IMG/VR virus record: IMGVR_UViG_3300029914_000017
Reading direction: 5' to 3' (one strand)
From: an uncultured virus (IMG/VR IMGVR_UViG_3300029914_000017)
Lineage: Duplodnaviria; Heunggongvirae; Uroviricota; Caudoviricetes
DNA length: 64,000 bases
Shown: positions 11,030-22,418 of the stretch, in pieces
How positions within the stretch are numbered: position 1 is the stretch's first letter
How the letters are laid out: each line of letters begins with the position of its first letter
Notes under the pieces: model-generated
What the model saw: the letters and a program-made list of their open reading frames with translations, nothing else
Told to the model about the DNA's origin: nothing
Databases searched by the model: none
Program-made: the position numbers and the translations under genes

Positions 11030-11395
11030 ATGGCAAATTTAAGTTTTTCAGGAAAGATTACAAAAATTGGAGTTCCAGCAACTGGAACAGGTAAGAATGG
11101 TGAATGGACTAATACAACTATCGAAGTTGTGGAAGTAGAAGGGGAATATCCTAATTCTATGGTATTTAGTGCATTCAATAAACAAGAAATTATTGATACC
11201 TTAACAGAAGGTTCTTTGGTTGACGTATTGTATAACGCAAAAACAACTGAATATAATGGAAAAACATATAACGGTTTAAATCTTTGGAAGGTAGAAGTTA
11301 CAGAAGCAGCTCCAGCACCCGCTGGCCAAGTAACGACTAAAAAAGTAGTAACTAAAGCACCAGTTACCGCACCAGAAGATGATCTTCCATTTTAA
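11030..11395 (+). CDS. DUF3127 family OB-fold ssDNA-binding protein
   Basis: GKITKI...GKNGEW...YPN...YNGKTYN.LNLWK, with acidic tail EDDLPF. Confidence 0.8.
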   Translation: MANLSFSGKITKIGVPATGTGKNGEWTNTTIEVVEVEGEYPNSMVFSAFNKQEIIDTLTEGSLVDVLYNAKTTEYNGKTYNGLNLWKVEVTEAAPAPAGQVTTKKVVTKAPVTAPEDDLPF

Positions 11396-11413
11396 ACAAT
11401 AAATTAAATGATG

Positions 11414-11460
11414 AAAATAGTCCAAATCTAAAATATTAATAGATTTTGGGCTATTTTTTT
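11414..11460 (+). terminator. Intrinsic terminator
   Basis: AAAATAGTCCAAATCTA...TAGATTTTGGGCTATTTTTTT. Confidence 0.8.
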
Positions 11461-11465
11461 ATATA

Positions 11466-11501
11466 AAAACTTGTTTTTCTCGTTTTTTATTGGTACATTT
11501 G
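11466..11501 (+). promoter_or_regulatory. Early promoter, Bacteroidota sigma-70 type
   Basis: AAAACTTG-N20-TACATTTG. Confidence 0.85.
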
Positions 11502-11517
11502 CTTAAATTAAATATAA

Positions 11518-12171
11518 ATGCATCAGGTTATTAAATACAGGGATCTTATTGATGATGTTGAACTTTACGATGTAATTCTTATCGGGACGAATACATATTG
11601 TACGATGAATAACGGTTTTCAAGGAAAAGTAAGAAAAAAATACAATTATGTTTATGATTTAAATTTATCAACAAAATATGGAGATAAAAACAAATTAGGC
11701 AAAAGAGTTACAACAAAGAATACCAAACCAATATTTTCATTATGCTTTATCACTGTTGGATACAATTTCAGGCCTGATTTAACCAAAGTCTATTTAGATT
11801 ACGATGCACTGGAAAATTGCCTTAAAACGGCTAACAATGAGTTTCAAGGATTAAGAGTAGCTACTACAATGATAGGTTGTGAAGAGTTTGATGGTAATGG
11901 GGATAGGCGAAAGGTAGTTAGAATGATTAAAAAATATTGTGATAAAATTGATCTATATATTTACAATTATAGGCAAATCAAAGGAAAAGCTGAACGGCTT
12001 GATGAATTTAAAAAGAATGCCAAGGTATGCAAGAATAGCCCAGAGGTTTCAAAGCAAATTGTTGCAAAACAAATTGAAGATAGATCCAAATTGGAAACAT
12101 TTGAAGAACCAGTGGGTAGTAAAAAAAGAATTAGAAAAGAAATTAGAAATTTATTAAATAGAGAAGATTAA
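11518..12171 (+). CDS. Macro-domain-like (ADP-ribose binding) protein
   Basis: GTNTYCTMNNGF, GDKNKLG, LDYDALENCL, IGC...GNGD; related to 39856-40383. Confidence 0.6.
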   Translation: MHQVIKYRDLIDDVELYDVILIGTNTYCTMNNGFQGKVRKKYNYVYDLNLSTKYGDKNKLGKRVTTKNTKPIFSLCFITVGYNFRPDLTKVYLDYDALENCLKTANNEFQGLRVATTMIGCEEFDGNGDRRKVVRMIKKYCDKIDLYIYNYRQIKGKAERLDEFKKNAKVCKNSPEVSKQIVAKQIEDRSKLETFEEPVGSKKRIRKEIRNLLNRED

Positions 12172-12174
12172 TAT

Positions 12175-14145
12175 ATGGAAGTAAAAGTTTATAAAGATGG
12201 AAAGGGCAATGTAGTGGTTTCAGAGGATTATTTTGATAGTATCGTTTATAATTTGAAAGATATTAATATCCAAGGATATTGCGAAAGTATTTTAAGACAA
12301 AAATATATAATAGAACCAAAATCGGATAATTATTATTTAACTAAGAGATTTGAATATCAGCCAAATATAATTTCTTGGTATGATGGTAATACAATTAGTA
12401 AAGTTGTAGAATTGTTCAAAGATACAGTTTTGAAAAGAAAACCAATAGATATTACAAAATTAAGTCCAATAACGGATGAAACACCTATTATGGAAGGAAC
12501 CGAACCATTAGGTATTGATGAAGAAGGTTGGACCGTTTGTGATCCAGGAATTGAACCTTGGCAAATTCAAGTGGCTTTCATGTCAGAAGGTGATTATCTA
12601 ACTATTTCGGAGGATGGGGTAAATAATAGACCTTGGACAAATGAAGAAATTGAACTAATTAATAACACATTAAATAAATATTAAAAATGACAAACGCACA
12701 AACTTTCGCAGCAAGAGAATTAGACATTTTAAGTAAAACACATTTGAACCCTGACAATAGGCCAATTGTAGAGGAATTCATTCCAGAAATATTAGCCTTA
12801 GTTGAAAAATTTGGTAATAGTGGTCAAAGCGGTGGATCAGCACCTTATACGGCTGGTGCAATTTCTCAAGCTATTAAAAAATTATGTTTATTTGAGCCAC
12901 TCACGCCTATAAGCGGGATAGATGAAGAATGGGGAGATGTATCAGGTATGGGTGGAGGTTCAGAAGAAATATATCAAAATATGAGATGTGGCGGAATTTT
13001 TAAACATAGTAAAGATGGCATAGCAAATTATATTAGTGCCATTGTTTGGAGAGGTCAATATCCAGAAGATGAAGGTACTGATAAATGGAACGATACATTT
13101 ACTGGTAGAGTATGCGGTTATCATAGTTCACAAAGCATAAAATCATTCCCTTTTACGCCAAAAACATTTTATGTAGATGTAATTAGAGAACAATTACCCG
13201 AAGATTGGACCGAAGAACCGTATATTGAGGGTAAGGGTTGGTATGACAATAAAGAATTTGAAGAAACAGGTATAAAAAACTGGCATAAGAATAATTATCG
13301 TTATCACATTAAAGATCAAAAGCAATTAGATGAAGTATTTGAATATTATGATTTAGAAAAATAAAATTATGAAACAAATCGAATTAGTTGAATCACCAAT
13401 ATCACCAGAATTACCAAACGCAATAAAAGTATTAATAAATGCACTTCAAACCGATGAAGGTTATAGAATTGGTTGGGTATCAAATATTGCTATGTCATAT
13501 ATAGATAACGAACATTGGTACAAAAAAGAAACTGGCAAAAAATATTTAAATCGTGTAGATAAACATAAAATAGCAAATAGGGCAGCAGAATATTTTTTAA
13601 AACAACTATGTAAATAAACTTAACCTATGAAAAAATTAACATTTGAAGAATATTTACCTGACAATGGCGATATTATAATTGCAAAAGAATTGATGGCGTT
13701 AATACAATTGGATAACGGTTGTATTAACAGGCAAGAAAAAGAAAGTTATCCAGAAAAATGGATTAAATTAATTTCTAAATCAGCTGGATACTTCTTTTAT
13801 AAACATCCAGAATTATTAGGTGATAGAGCATTTGAAGAATTGGCTGGAGATATTGAGGAAACTGAATTTATTGATAAATATGGTTTTCTGGATGGAATAT
13901 ATCAACTGATGGATAATTTAGAAGAATACTTTAATAATTTATAAAAAATGGAAGAAATAAACAAATTAGCAAATTTTTTAGATTGGGTGCATAACAATTG
14001 GTATATTCCATTTGGAGATGACGGCGAATGGGAATTAGATATTGATAATGAAGAATATACTGGTCAAATACCAAATGAACATGAAAATTGTTTTAGTTCA
14101 GATGTCTTAGTTATAAAATATTTAAACGGAGAGGGAATATTTTAG
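12175..14145 (+). other. Hypothetical CDSs (12175-12684, 12687-13364, 13369-13617, 13627-13944, 13948-14145)
   Basis: Abutting ORFs; 12687 carries a GQSGGSA motif. Confidence 0.7.
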
Positions 14146-14147
14146 CA

Positions 14148-14906
14148 ATGGAAATAAATAAAATTTATAATGAAAATAATTTATTTACAATGTTGAATAT
14201 GCCCGATGAATTTTTAAATGGAATTATTTGTAGTCCTCCGTATAATTTGGGTAAGAATCCTAATCACAGGCGAAAAGATCAGACAGACTTCAATTTATAT
14301 GAACATAATATTGATAATCTTACGACTGAGGAATATTTAGAAATAAGATTGAACGAATTTAAGGAATTTGATAGAATACTTAAACCAGACGGTGTAATTT
14401 GTTACAATATATCCTATTCAGGTGACAATCCTATCTTACCAACACTTCTTTTAAGTAAGGTTAATGAAGAAACTAATTTAACGCTTACAGATATTGTAGT
14501 ATGGAAAAAGAGTTCAGCCAGCCCATTTCAAACAAGTCCTAATAAGGTAACAAGGTTATGCGAATTGGTTTACATAATTGTTCATAAAAATTATTTGAAT
14601 ACATTTAAAGCCAATAAAGAAGTAAGTTCTATAAATGAAAGAACTGGACAGAAATTTTATAAAAATTATGTTAATATAATTGAAGCAAAGAACAACGATA
14701 GTTTTAAATCTGATCTTAAAGCATCGTATTCAACTGATTTTGTTGAAAAATTAATCGATATCTATTTTCCTGCGAATTCATTGATTTATGACCCATTTAT
14801 GGGAATTGGTACGACAGCAAAAGGGTGTATTAATAAAAATTGTAATTATATCGGTAGTGAAATAATTAAAAAATATTATGAGGATTCAATAATAAATTTA
14901 ACATGA
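14148..14906 (+). CDS. N4-C/N6-A DNA methyltransferase (beta class), orphan
   Basis: SPPY catalytic motif precedes the DPFMGIGTT SAM motif. Confidence 0.9.
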   Translation: MEINKIYNENNLFTMLNMPDEFLNGIICSPPYNLGKNPNHRRKDQTDFNLYEHNIDNLTTEEYLEIRLNEFKEFDRILKPDGVICYNISYSGDNPILPTLLLSKVNEETNLTLTDIVVWKKSSASPFQTSPNKVTRLCELVYIIVHKNYLNTFKANKEVSSINERTGQKFYKNYVNIIEAKNNDSFKSDLKASYSTDFVEKLIDIYFPANSLIYDPFMGIGTTAKGCINKNCNYIGSEIIKKYYEDSIINLT

Positions 14907-16100
14907 AAGAAATATTAGGTGGAAATTTAGAATTAGCATTTGAAACACTTGGAGTAAAAGCTATTAAAACATTTGATGGTGGCGAATACCAAGTTTGGCA
15001 ACTCGAAGATGAAGAATTTGAAAAGTTAGATTTATCAGATGACAACCTATGGGATGAAAAATTTGGTTGGTGGCGTTATTCAGAAGGATCAAGCATAGGT
15101 CAAGTTAATAAACGGTTTTCAATTAATGGTCATTGGGTAAATGCTTGGTCTGGGGATGGTTTATTTAATAAATATGATAATTTAATTGAATATTATAACT
15201 CTGAGCTTAATTTATCATCAGAAAGGAATATATGTGCTTTAGCGGTCGAATTAGCACATCAAAACGGATTAACATTAGGACAATTATTTACTAAATATCA
15301 GCCAACTAAAAATAATTAATTATGGAAACAATTTTATTAGAAAATGTAAGTAAAATATTAAACAAAGAGTGGTTAATCGAAAACGTTGATTTATTCACAA
15401 AATATAGATCACCAACAGAAATAGTACTATCTCAAGTAGCTAATTGGAAATATTTTGATGAAGAACATTTTGAAATTAAAGATTTAATTTTTGACTCTAT
15501 TTACGTATATGCTTTTGAGAACGGTAAAGAAGATTATGTATTTTTTAATGATAACAAGGATGTAGGTAATGGGTTTCAAACTTTTTCCCCAACAACAACA
15601 GAACTAAAGAAGAAATTATTGCTTGAAATAAGAGATAGAATAGATGAAATTAATAATGAAAGAATAGAATTATTAGAACGTATGGAAGATATTTGTGAAT
15701 TATGATAGTAGAATTAGACAGAAATGGGTTGTTATCACTGGTTAATGGTACCGAACCAGGATATGGGGCATTTGAGCATCCTTTGATAAAGAAATGTGGT
15801 GTTTATATGGGTGGACTTGGTGATCACTGGGAATGGTTTGATTTAGAAGATTTAACCGACGAAGAGCTATTCGAAATATATAACATTTGTCAAGATGAAA
15901 CAATTAATATTCAACGAGAAATAGAAATTGATGAATTTCCGATTACAGAAGAACAACGAGCTAATATGCCAGATTTTAGATTTATGGAAGATAGACTTAA
16001 TTGGGAAATGAAAACATCAATTAATAATCATATAATAGGAAGTTTAATAAAAGGAAATAAACAAAATAAAGAAGTTAAAACAGTAATAAATGAAATTTAA
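14903..16100 (+). other. Hypothetical CDSs (14903-15319, 15322-15705, 15702-16100)
   Basis: Overlapping or abutting ORFs. Confidence 0.7.
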
Positions 16101-17682
16101 AAAATTAACGGAAGCAGATAAGGAATACATTGCAAGTGTTTATAAAAATAAGGATCTTACTTGGGATGCCAGAATGAATGATTTATGTAATAAATTTTCG
16201 GTATCAGAAAGGAATATGCGTAGATGGTGTAGTGAAAGATTAGGATTAAAGGAAAGAGTGGAAGGTATTGGAGTTGCTGAAAGTGATCAATACAAGCAAG
16301 CACAGGAAAAAATAATTAATACAAATAAAAAAGTTTATTTAATTTCTTGGGCACAGAACAACACAAAAGCAGATGTTGATTTAATCAACGGTATGATTGC
16401 ATATAGAGATTTTCACGATGAAGACCAATCAGAAATTCTTATTATTTGTGGAAGATATAATAACTTCAACACATTAAACGGTCAGAAAGAAGATGAATAT
16501 TGGGACCCAATTTTGACTCCATTTTTGACAGCATCCAACGTTAGATTAAATTCAAATTTACAAGTCAGGGGAGACATTAAAATAGTTCCAACAAATTTAA
16601 ACCCGTTGAACGGCCTTGAAGGATTATCTAATGATGAAAGTTTAATTGTTGGGTCTCCATCATTACATTTTAAAGCATTGCCTGTGGTTGATCCAACTCA
16701 CCCAAAAATATTATTGACCACAGGTGCCTGTACCATAGACAATTACAGTCAATCTCTGAGTGGGTCAAAAGCCAATTTTAACCATTCTTTGGGATTCACC
16801 GTAGTCGAGATAAAAGATGACAATACCTTTTTTACGAGACAAGTAGGTTATGATAAAAAAACAAAGCAGTTCACAGACTTATATTTCAATGTTGACTGTA
16901 AAAATGCAATCGTAAGAAGAACAAATGAAATTGAGGGGATTGTGCTGGGTGATTTACATTATGGAGAGCACGATGAAATAGTTTTAAATAAAACAACAAA
17001 TGTTTTAATGAAAAAATTAAAACCAACTTCGGTTGTTATTCACGATGTATTTTCTTCTTATGCTGTTAATGTTCATGATGTGAAAGATATTTATGCATCA
17101 TATAGAAAAGAAAAAGAAAATAAAAATGATGTATTCATAGAAATTAGTAATATGCTACAATGGTTAGAAACTATTTCAGAATATAATGTGGTTATTATTA
17201 GATCAAACCACGATGATATGCTTGATAGATGGCTGAAAGGAGATTGGAGATCATACCCAACACTAAAAAATTCAGAAAAATATATGGAATACGCTTTATT
17301 GACATTACAAGGTAAAGCCGAAAATGGTATCATTCCGTATGTTATTAATCAAAAATTTCCAAAATTTAAATGTTTAACAAGGAATGAGAGTTACAAAATT
17401 GGAGGATTTCAGGTTTCCCAGCATAGCGATGTAGGTCCTAATGGATCAAGAGGAGGTGGAGTTAATCAATTTAAAAAACTATCAAGTAAGTCAATTTTTG
17501 GACATTCACACAGTTTTGGCCGTAGTCTGGGCGCCATTTGTGTAGGGACCAATACAAAATTAAGGCTTGATTATAATAGAGGGCTCTCAAACTGGACTCA
17601 AGGGTCAGTCATAATTTCTAAGGAAACTCTAAAAGCACAATTGATTTTATTCATTAACGGAGAATTCACAACATTTAAATAA
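16090..17682 (+). CDS. T5 A1-like protein (N-terminal HTH plus calcineurin-like metallophosphoesterase)
   Basis: HTH-like start, YLISWAQNNT, LTTGACT, LGDLH, IHD, SNHD, H-D-GPNGSRG, GHSH. Confidence 0.7.
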   Translation: MKFKKLTEADKEYIASVYKNKDLTWDARMNDLCNKFSVSERNMRRWCSERLGLKERVEGIGVAESDQYKQAQEKIINTNKKVYLISWAQNNTKADVDLINGMIAYRDFHDEDQSEILIICGRYNNFNTLNGQKEDEYWDPILTPFLTASNVRLNSNLQVRGDIKIVPTNLNPLNGLEGLSNDESLIVGSPSLHFKALPVVDPTHPKILLTTGACTIDNYSQSLSGSKANFNHSLGFTVVEIKDDNTFFTRQVGYDKKTKQFTDLYFNVDCKNAIVRRTNEIEGIVLGDLHYGEHDEIVLNKTTNVLMKKLKPTSVVIHDVFSSYAVNVHDVKDIYASYRKEKENKNDVFIEISNMLQWLETISEYNVVIIRSNHDDMLDRWLKGDWRSYPTLKNSEKYMEYALLTLQGKAENGIIPYVINQKFPKFKCLTRNESYKIGGFQVSQHSDVGPNGSRGGGVNQFKKLSSKSIFGHSHSFGRSLGAICVGTNTKLRLDYNRGLSNWTQGSVIISKETLKAQLILFINGEFTTFK

Positions 17683-17692
17683 AAATTCGAAT

Positions 17693-17723
17693 AAAGGGAG
17701 AGAAATTAAACGCTCTCCTTTTT
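17693..17723 (+). terminator. Intrinsic terminator
   Basis: AAAGGGAGAG...CTCTCCTTTTT. Confidence 0.75.
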
Positions 17724-17742
17724 AATTTTATTTAACATATTA

Positions 17743-17778
17743 AAAACTTGTTTTTCTCAAATATTTTGTGTACATTTG
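17743..17778 (+). promoter_or_regulatory. Early promoter, Bacteroidota sigma-70 type
   Basis: AAAACTTG-N20-TACATTTG. Confidence 0.85.
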
Positions 17779-17796
17779 CTTTGAAAATTTAAAAGT

Positions 17797-19570
17797 ATGG
17801 AAAAATTAAAAGAAATTATCGGTTTAGAAAGGTTTAACAGATTAAATAAAGGTATTGATCATTTACTCAACGTTTATATAGCTAAAGGCTATAATTCGGT
17901 TCTATTATCAATTGAAAATGAAGACGAAATAGAAGTTCTACATTATCTAAATATTGATGGCAGTCCGAGTTGTGAAGTGGAAGTTGAAGAGAAACAAATA
18001 ACAGTTGAGACAATAGGTTACTTTCCAACTGGAAATTATTATTGTAAGCCAATTAAAATATTTAGTTGGGTGACTTCAAATGAAAAATTTGGTACTATGT
18101 TAATGATTTCAAAAGATAATATATTTGAATTATCAGATGTTATTATTTCAAAAGAAGATAAACAATTAGCATTTTCAACATTTAAGTTATTATGAATAAA
18201 TTATTAGATTAAAATATAATTAAAAATAGTTCCAACAAAATAACAAACAAATTAAAAAACAAACAAATTACAAAATGAGAAATTTAGAAAAGATTTTTGG
18301 TTCAGAACGTTTTGAGACCATCAGCAAATTAGCTATTAACCCGTTGGAAGTTACAATTTTCAATTCAATTATTTTCAAAAAAGATGAAAATGATAATGAA
18401 CCAATTTATTTAACACATTTGAATTTACCATCAATCGAAGATGATGAAAGTGAAATTGACCCAGGCTTTGTTTATAATTCAAAAGAAAATACTGAAGATG
18501 ATTATGTAACTGGAGATTATTTTTGGAATCCAATTAAATATACCGACATTATTTTCAGCAATTTAAATCCAACAGATATTTTAGGAGACATCATTCTTAT
18601 TACTGAAAAAGAAGTGTTTGAATTAACAAACGTATCACTGGATGGTGACTATTTATTTTATGACTATGCTGAATTAAAAAACGAATAGATAATGAAAGAA
18701 GACGAATCAGAATTAAAAAACAATTGTAATAACATTATTATTCCTGAATCCGAAGCAATACAAATGTTTGGAGATAAATTGTTAACTGAAAAGGCAGAAG
18801 AAATTAAAGATTTCATTGGTAACCTTTTATTTAAGAAAGTTGAATATATGTCATATAGGGAATATAAAACTATATTAGCCCAAGAGACTTCAAAATTAAT
18901 ATTAGGTATTATTATTCCAACAATTGGTAGTGAAGGAGATATTATTTACTGGACAGGCGTTGATCAAAAAAATTCTGTAAATAGATTTCAATTAAATAAA
19001 AATGAACAATAAAATATGGAATTAAAAAAATTAGAAAACAAATGTCAGTGGCTCTTAAAAGTAGATGGTCAGTCTTATCTCAGAACACAAATAGACTGGT
19101 ATGATAATGATAATCAACAATCGGTTAAGTGGCATCATATTGAATATCCAAAGAAAGGAATTATTTATTTACGAGATGAAATTTTAGAAGAATTATTCTG
19201 GGAAAATAATAGTAAATCAAATACTGAACCAGAGATGCCACAAACTAAAAAGTCGCTAATAAAAATTTTGGAAGACATTCGGAAAGAGAAAGAAGTTGAA
19301 AAACTAAATTTAGAAACAATTGAAATTGAAGTTCCTGACGGCAAACAATTTGTTCGCACAGACTTGGAAGATGGTGTTTTAATCACATTTGAGGATACTG
19401 AGAAAAAAGAAGAATATGTGGAATATGGTAAAAGAAGATATTCAAAACCAATTTGGGAGCAAGAATTCGCTAAATTTGCAGAACGTTTAAAAACTGGTCC
19501 AATATATAGTGAAATACATCACCCAGACAAGAATCCATATTATGGTGAAGTTTATTTAAATTGGAAATAA
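17797..19570 (+). other. Hypothetical CDSs (paralogous pair 17797-18195 and 18275-18688; 18692-19012; 19016-19570)
   Basis: First two share L..I.G.ERF, TG.Y...PIK and FEL motifs. Confidence 0.7.
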
Positions 19571-19573
19571 TTT

Positions 19574-19638
19574 TCTCGCCAAATTGGCGCGATAATGGCG
19601 AGATAAAAGGTCGGGTAATTAATTTTATTCACCTTTTT
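19574..19638 (+). terminator. Hairpin (TCTCGCCA/TGGCGAGA) followed by an intrinsic terminator
   Basis: Two adjacent stems, the second ending in a T-run. Confidence 0.6.
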
Positions 19639-19645
19639 ATTATTT

Positions 19646-19681
19646 AAAACTTGTTTTTCTCGAATATTTTATGTACATTTG
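19646..19681 (+). promoter_or_regulatory. Early promoter, Bacteroidota sigma-70 type
   Basis: AAAACTTG-N20-TACATTTG. Confidence 0.85.
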
Positions 19682-19703
19682 TTTTGAATTAAAAAAATAA
19701 ATA

Positions 19704-19952
19704 ATGGAAGATTTTAGTGTGATTAAATTTCCTATAATAAAAAATATATCTGTTAGGCCAATAGCGGATGATATTAAAGGGTTTAATCCAAGCAATGAGA
19801 ATGATGTTGCGGAGATGGGTAAAATATTTGGTGAGATTTTTGGTGAGATTAGAAAAGAATTTGACTTAAAAGGAATTGAATTTCCCAAAGTTGTTATTGA
19901 CAGTACCTCCGATGTGATAACATATGGAATTAAATCCGAACTAAAAAAATAA
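19704..19952 (+). CDS. Hypothetical protein
   Basis: First ORF after the promoter. Confidence 0.6.
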   Translation: MEDFSVIKFPIIKNISVRPIADDIKGFNPSNENDVAEMGKIFGEIFGEIRKEFDLKGIEFPKVVIDSTSDVITYGIKSELKK

Positions 19953-19955
19953 ATA

Positions 19956-22418
19956 ATGGAAGAAAAATTGTACACAACGGAGTTGAAGAAAGTGCTGGCA
20001 TTGCTTAATGATTTAGTTGAGGACTACCCTATTAAGAAGATTACAATTAATTATTATATGTTGGCCGTTTTACAGTCAAAACAATCGACGGCCTATAAAA
20101 TGTTGAATAAGTTTCTTTCAAAAGATGATATCGAATCGCTTTTAGTTTATTTTTCTGAATTATTAAAGGAAAGTTCAGCTACAACCGTTAAACCACGGGC
20201 TTTAAATAAAGTTGAAAAATCAATTGGTTTTGACCCAGAATTAAGCAAATGTTTAATTGATGCAAATGATGAAAAAACAAAGTTAAATGATACTGGTAAA
20301 ATTGGTTCTGAACATGTTTTATTAAGTATTTTAGGTATATCAAAGAATGATACTTGGAATCATATTGGTTTAAAATATGATAATTTATTTAATACCATCA
20401 ACGCCATTAAACAGGGTGAGATAACTAAATATGAAGAGCATAATGAAAGTTATGTCGAATCATTACAAGGCCAAAAAAATAAGCCTCGTAAAACCAATAT
20501 GGTGGAATCATATTGCGTAAATTTGAACTCTTTAGCCAAAAAGGGGAAAATTGACCAAATAGTTGGTAGAGAAATTGAAATAAGTAGATTAATTAAAGTT
20601 CTTGGCCGAAGAAATAAGAATAATGTAATAATTGTCGGGGCTTCTGGATGTGGAAAAAGTTCCATCGTGTCTGGATTAGCCAACATGATTGAAGAGGGTA
20701 AGGGGATGTTTTTAAACGACAAACAAATACTATCTTTAGACCTAACTGCCTTAATATCAGGAACCTCCTATCGTGGGATGTTGGAGGAGCGTATGAATGG
20801 CGTGATAAATGAGGTCAAGGCAAACAAAGATTTCATGTTATTTATAGATGATATTGACTCAGTTTTAGGTTCAAATTCGAACAATGCTTCAGATATTGCT
20901 GGAATTCTATCAAGTGCAATGACAGATGGAGATATACAACTTATCGCCACAACATCATTCAAAGGTTATAAAAGCTCAATCGAAAGTAATCCATCCCTAA
21001 AAAGACGTTTTCAAAAAATTATAATCGACCCAACAACAATTGAACAAACGGAAAAGATATTATTTAATTCCAAAAAATATTATGAACAATATCATAATGT
21101 TATTTACACGGATGAAGCAATTAGAGCTTGTGTAACGCTTGCAAATAAATATATTACAGATAGACAGCTTCCAGACTCAGCAATCGATATAATGGACGAA
21201 TGTGGCTCTGAGAAGAAGGTTTCAACTATTGATAATTCAACCGAATTGTTTGAATTAAAAAAAGATCTTGAATTGAATGCTTTAATGGTCAAAAAATCAT
21301 ATTCAGCCAATGATTTTACAATAGGAGATGAATATAATGCTATCTGTAAAGAATTGGAAGGTAGAATTGTTGATCTTGAAAAAAGTCAAAAGTCAAAATC
21401 TAAAAAAGATATTAAAGAAATAACAGAAATTGATGTTTATAACATTGTTTCAGAAATAACAGGTGTTCCAATCAACAGATTGACCACTTCGGAGAAGGAA
21501 CGTTATTTAAATATTGAAAATAAATTAGGTGAAAGCATAATTGGCCAATCTGAGGCCATCAAAAAAGTCGCCCAATCAATGAAAAGAAGCCGAATGGGAT
21601 TAAATGGGGGTAAATCTAAACCAGCAACATTTTTAATGGTTGGGGAAAGTGGATGTGGAAAAACACTTTTAGCTAAAAAATTGGCCGAAGAAATATTTGG
21701 AAGTGAAGACGCTTTGGTTAGATTTGATATGAGTGAATATGCTGACTCTACGAGTGTAAATAAGCTTTACGGTAGTAGTAGTGGGTATGTAGGCTATAGT
21801 GATGGTGGTTTATTAACAGAAGCAATTAAAAATAAACCCTATTGTGTTTTATTATTAGATGAAATTGAAAAGGCTCATAAAGAAGTATTAAACGTTTTTT
21901 TACAAGTATTTGATGACGGAACGCTTACAGATAATATCGGTTCCAAAATAGCCTTCAGTAATGTAATTATTATCATGACTTCAAATATTGGAGCGAAAGA
22001 TGCGGCTTCATTAGGAAGAGGAACAGGGTTTCAAACAAATATAGAAGAGAATAAAAAAAACATTACAGAAAAAGCATTAAAAGGACACTTTCCCCCAGAG
22101 TTCATTAACCGTCTCAGCAACGTTGTTTATTTCAACTCACTATCTGAAGATAATTTAAAGTCAATTATTACGTTGGAGTTAAATAATTTAAAAAAACGTT
22201 TGAATAACATAGATTTTGAGGTTGAATTTGAAAATGGTGTAACTGAATATTTATTTAAAATAATAGGAGAGAATAAAAACAGCGGTGCACGTAAAATAAA
22301 TAGGGCAATTGAAAACGAAATCGAGAATCAAATTGTTGATTTATATCTTGAAAATGAATTTGAAAAAGGTCATAATTTTAAAGTAAACGTAATTGATAAT
22401 AAAATTGAAATAAAATGA
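19956..22418 (+). CDS. clpC: ClpC/ClpB-family AAA+ chaperone
   Basis: Clp N-domain, two NBDs (GASGCGKS; GESGCGKT/LLDEIEK), DRQLPDSAID, RFDMSEY, MTSNIG, PPEFINR, and a GTGF ClpP-docking-like loop. Confidence 0.9.
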   Translation: MEEKLYTTELKKVLALLNDLVEDYPIKKITINYYMLAVLQSKQSTAYKMLNKFLSKDDIESLLVYFSELLKESSATTVKPRALNKVEKSIGFDPELSKCLIDANDEKTKLNDTGKIGSEHVLLSILGISKNDTWNHIGLKYDNLFNTINAIKQGEITKYEEHNESYVESLQGQKNKPRKTNMVESYCVNLNSLAKKGKIDQIVGREIEISRLIKVLGRRNKNNVIIVGASGCGKSSIVSGLANMIEEGKGMFLNDKQILSLDLTALISGTSYRGMLEERMNGVINEVKANKDFMLFIDDIDSVLGSNSNNASDIAGILSSAMTDGDIQLIATTSFKGYKSSIESNPSLKRRFQKIIIDPTTIEQTEKILFNSKKYYEQYHNVIYTDEAIRACVTLANKYITDRQLPDSAIDIMDECGSEKKVSTIDNSTELFELKKDLELNALMVKKSYSANDFTIGDEYNAICKELEGRIVDLEKSQKSKSKKDIKEITEIDVYNIVSEITGVPINRLTTSEKERYLNIENKLGESIIGQSEAIKKVAQSMKRSRMGLNGGKSKPATFLMVGESGCGKTLLAKKLAEEIFGSEDALVRFDMSEYADSTSVNKLYGSSSGYVGYSDGGLLTEAIKNKPYCVLLLDEIEKAHKEVLNVFLQVFDDGTLTDNIGSKIAFSNVIIIMTSNIGAKDAASLGRGTGFQTNIEENKKNITEKALKGHFPPEFINRLSNVVYFNSLSEDNLKSIITLELNNLKKRLNNIDFEVEFENGVTEYLFKIIGENKNSGARKINRAIENEIENQIVDLYLENEFEKGHNFKVNVIDNKIEIK

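Noticed and set aside
5875..18692. Genome-wide TAG recoding (TAG stops at 5875 and 18686 followed in frame by the next ATG)
   Set aside because: All long recognisable genes are intact in the standard code and coding density is high without recoding. Other TAG stops (e.g. 14143) are out of frame with the next gene.
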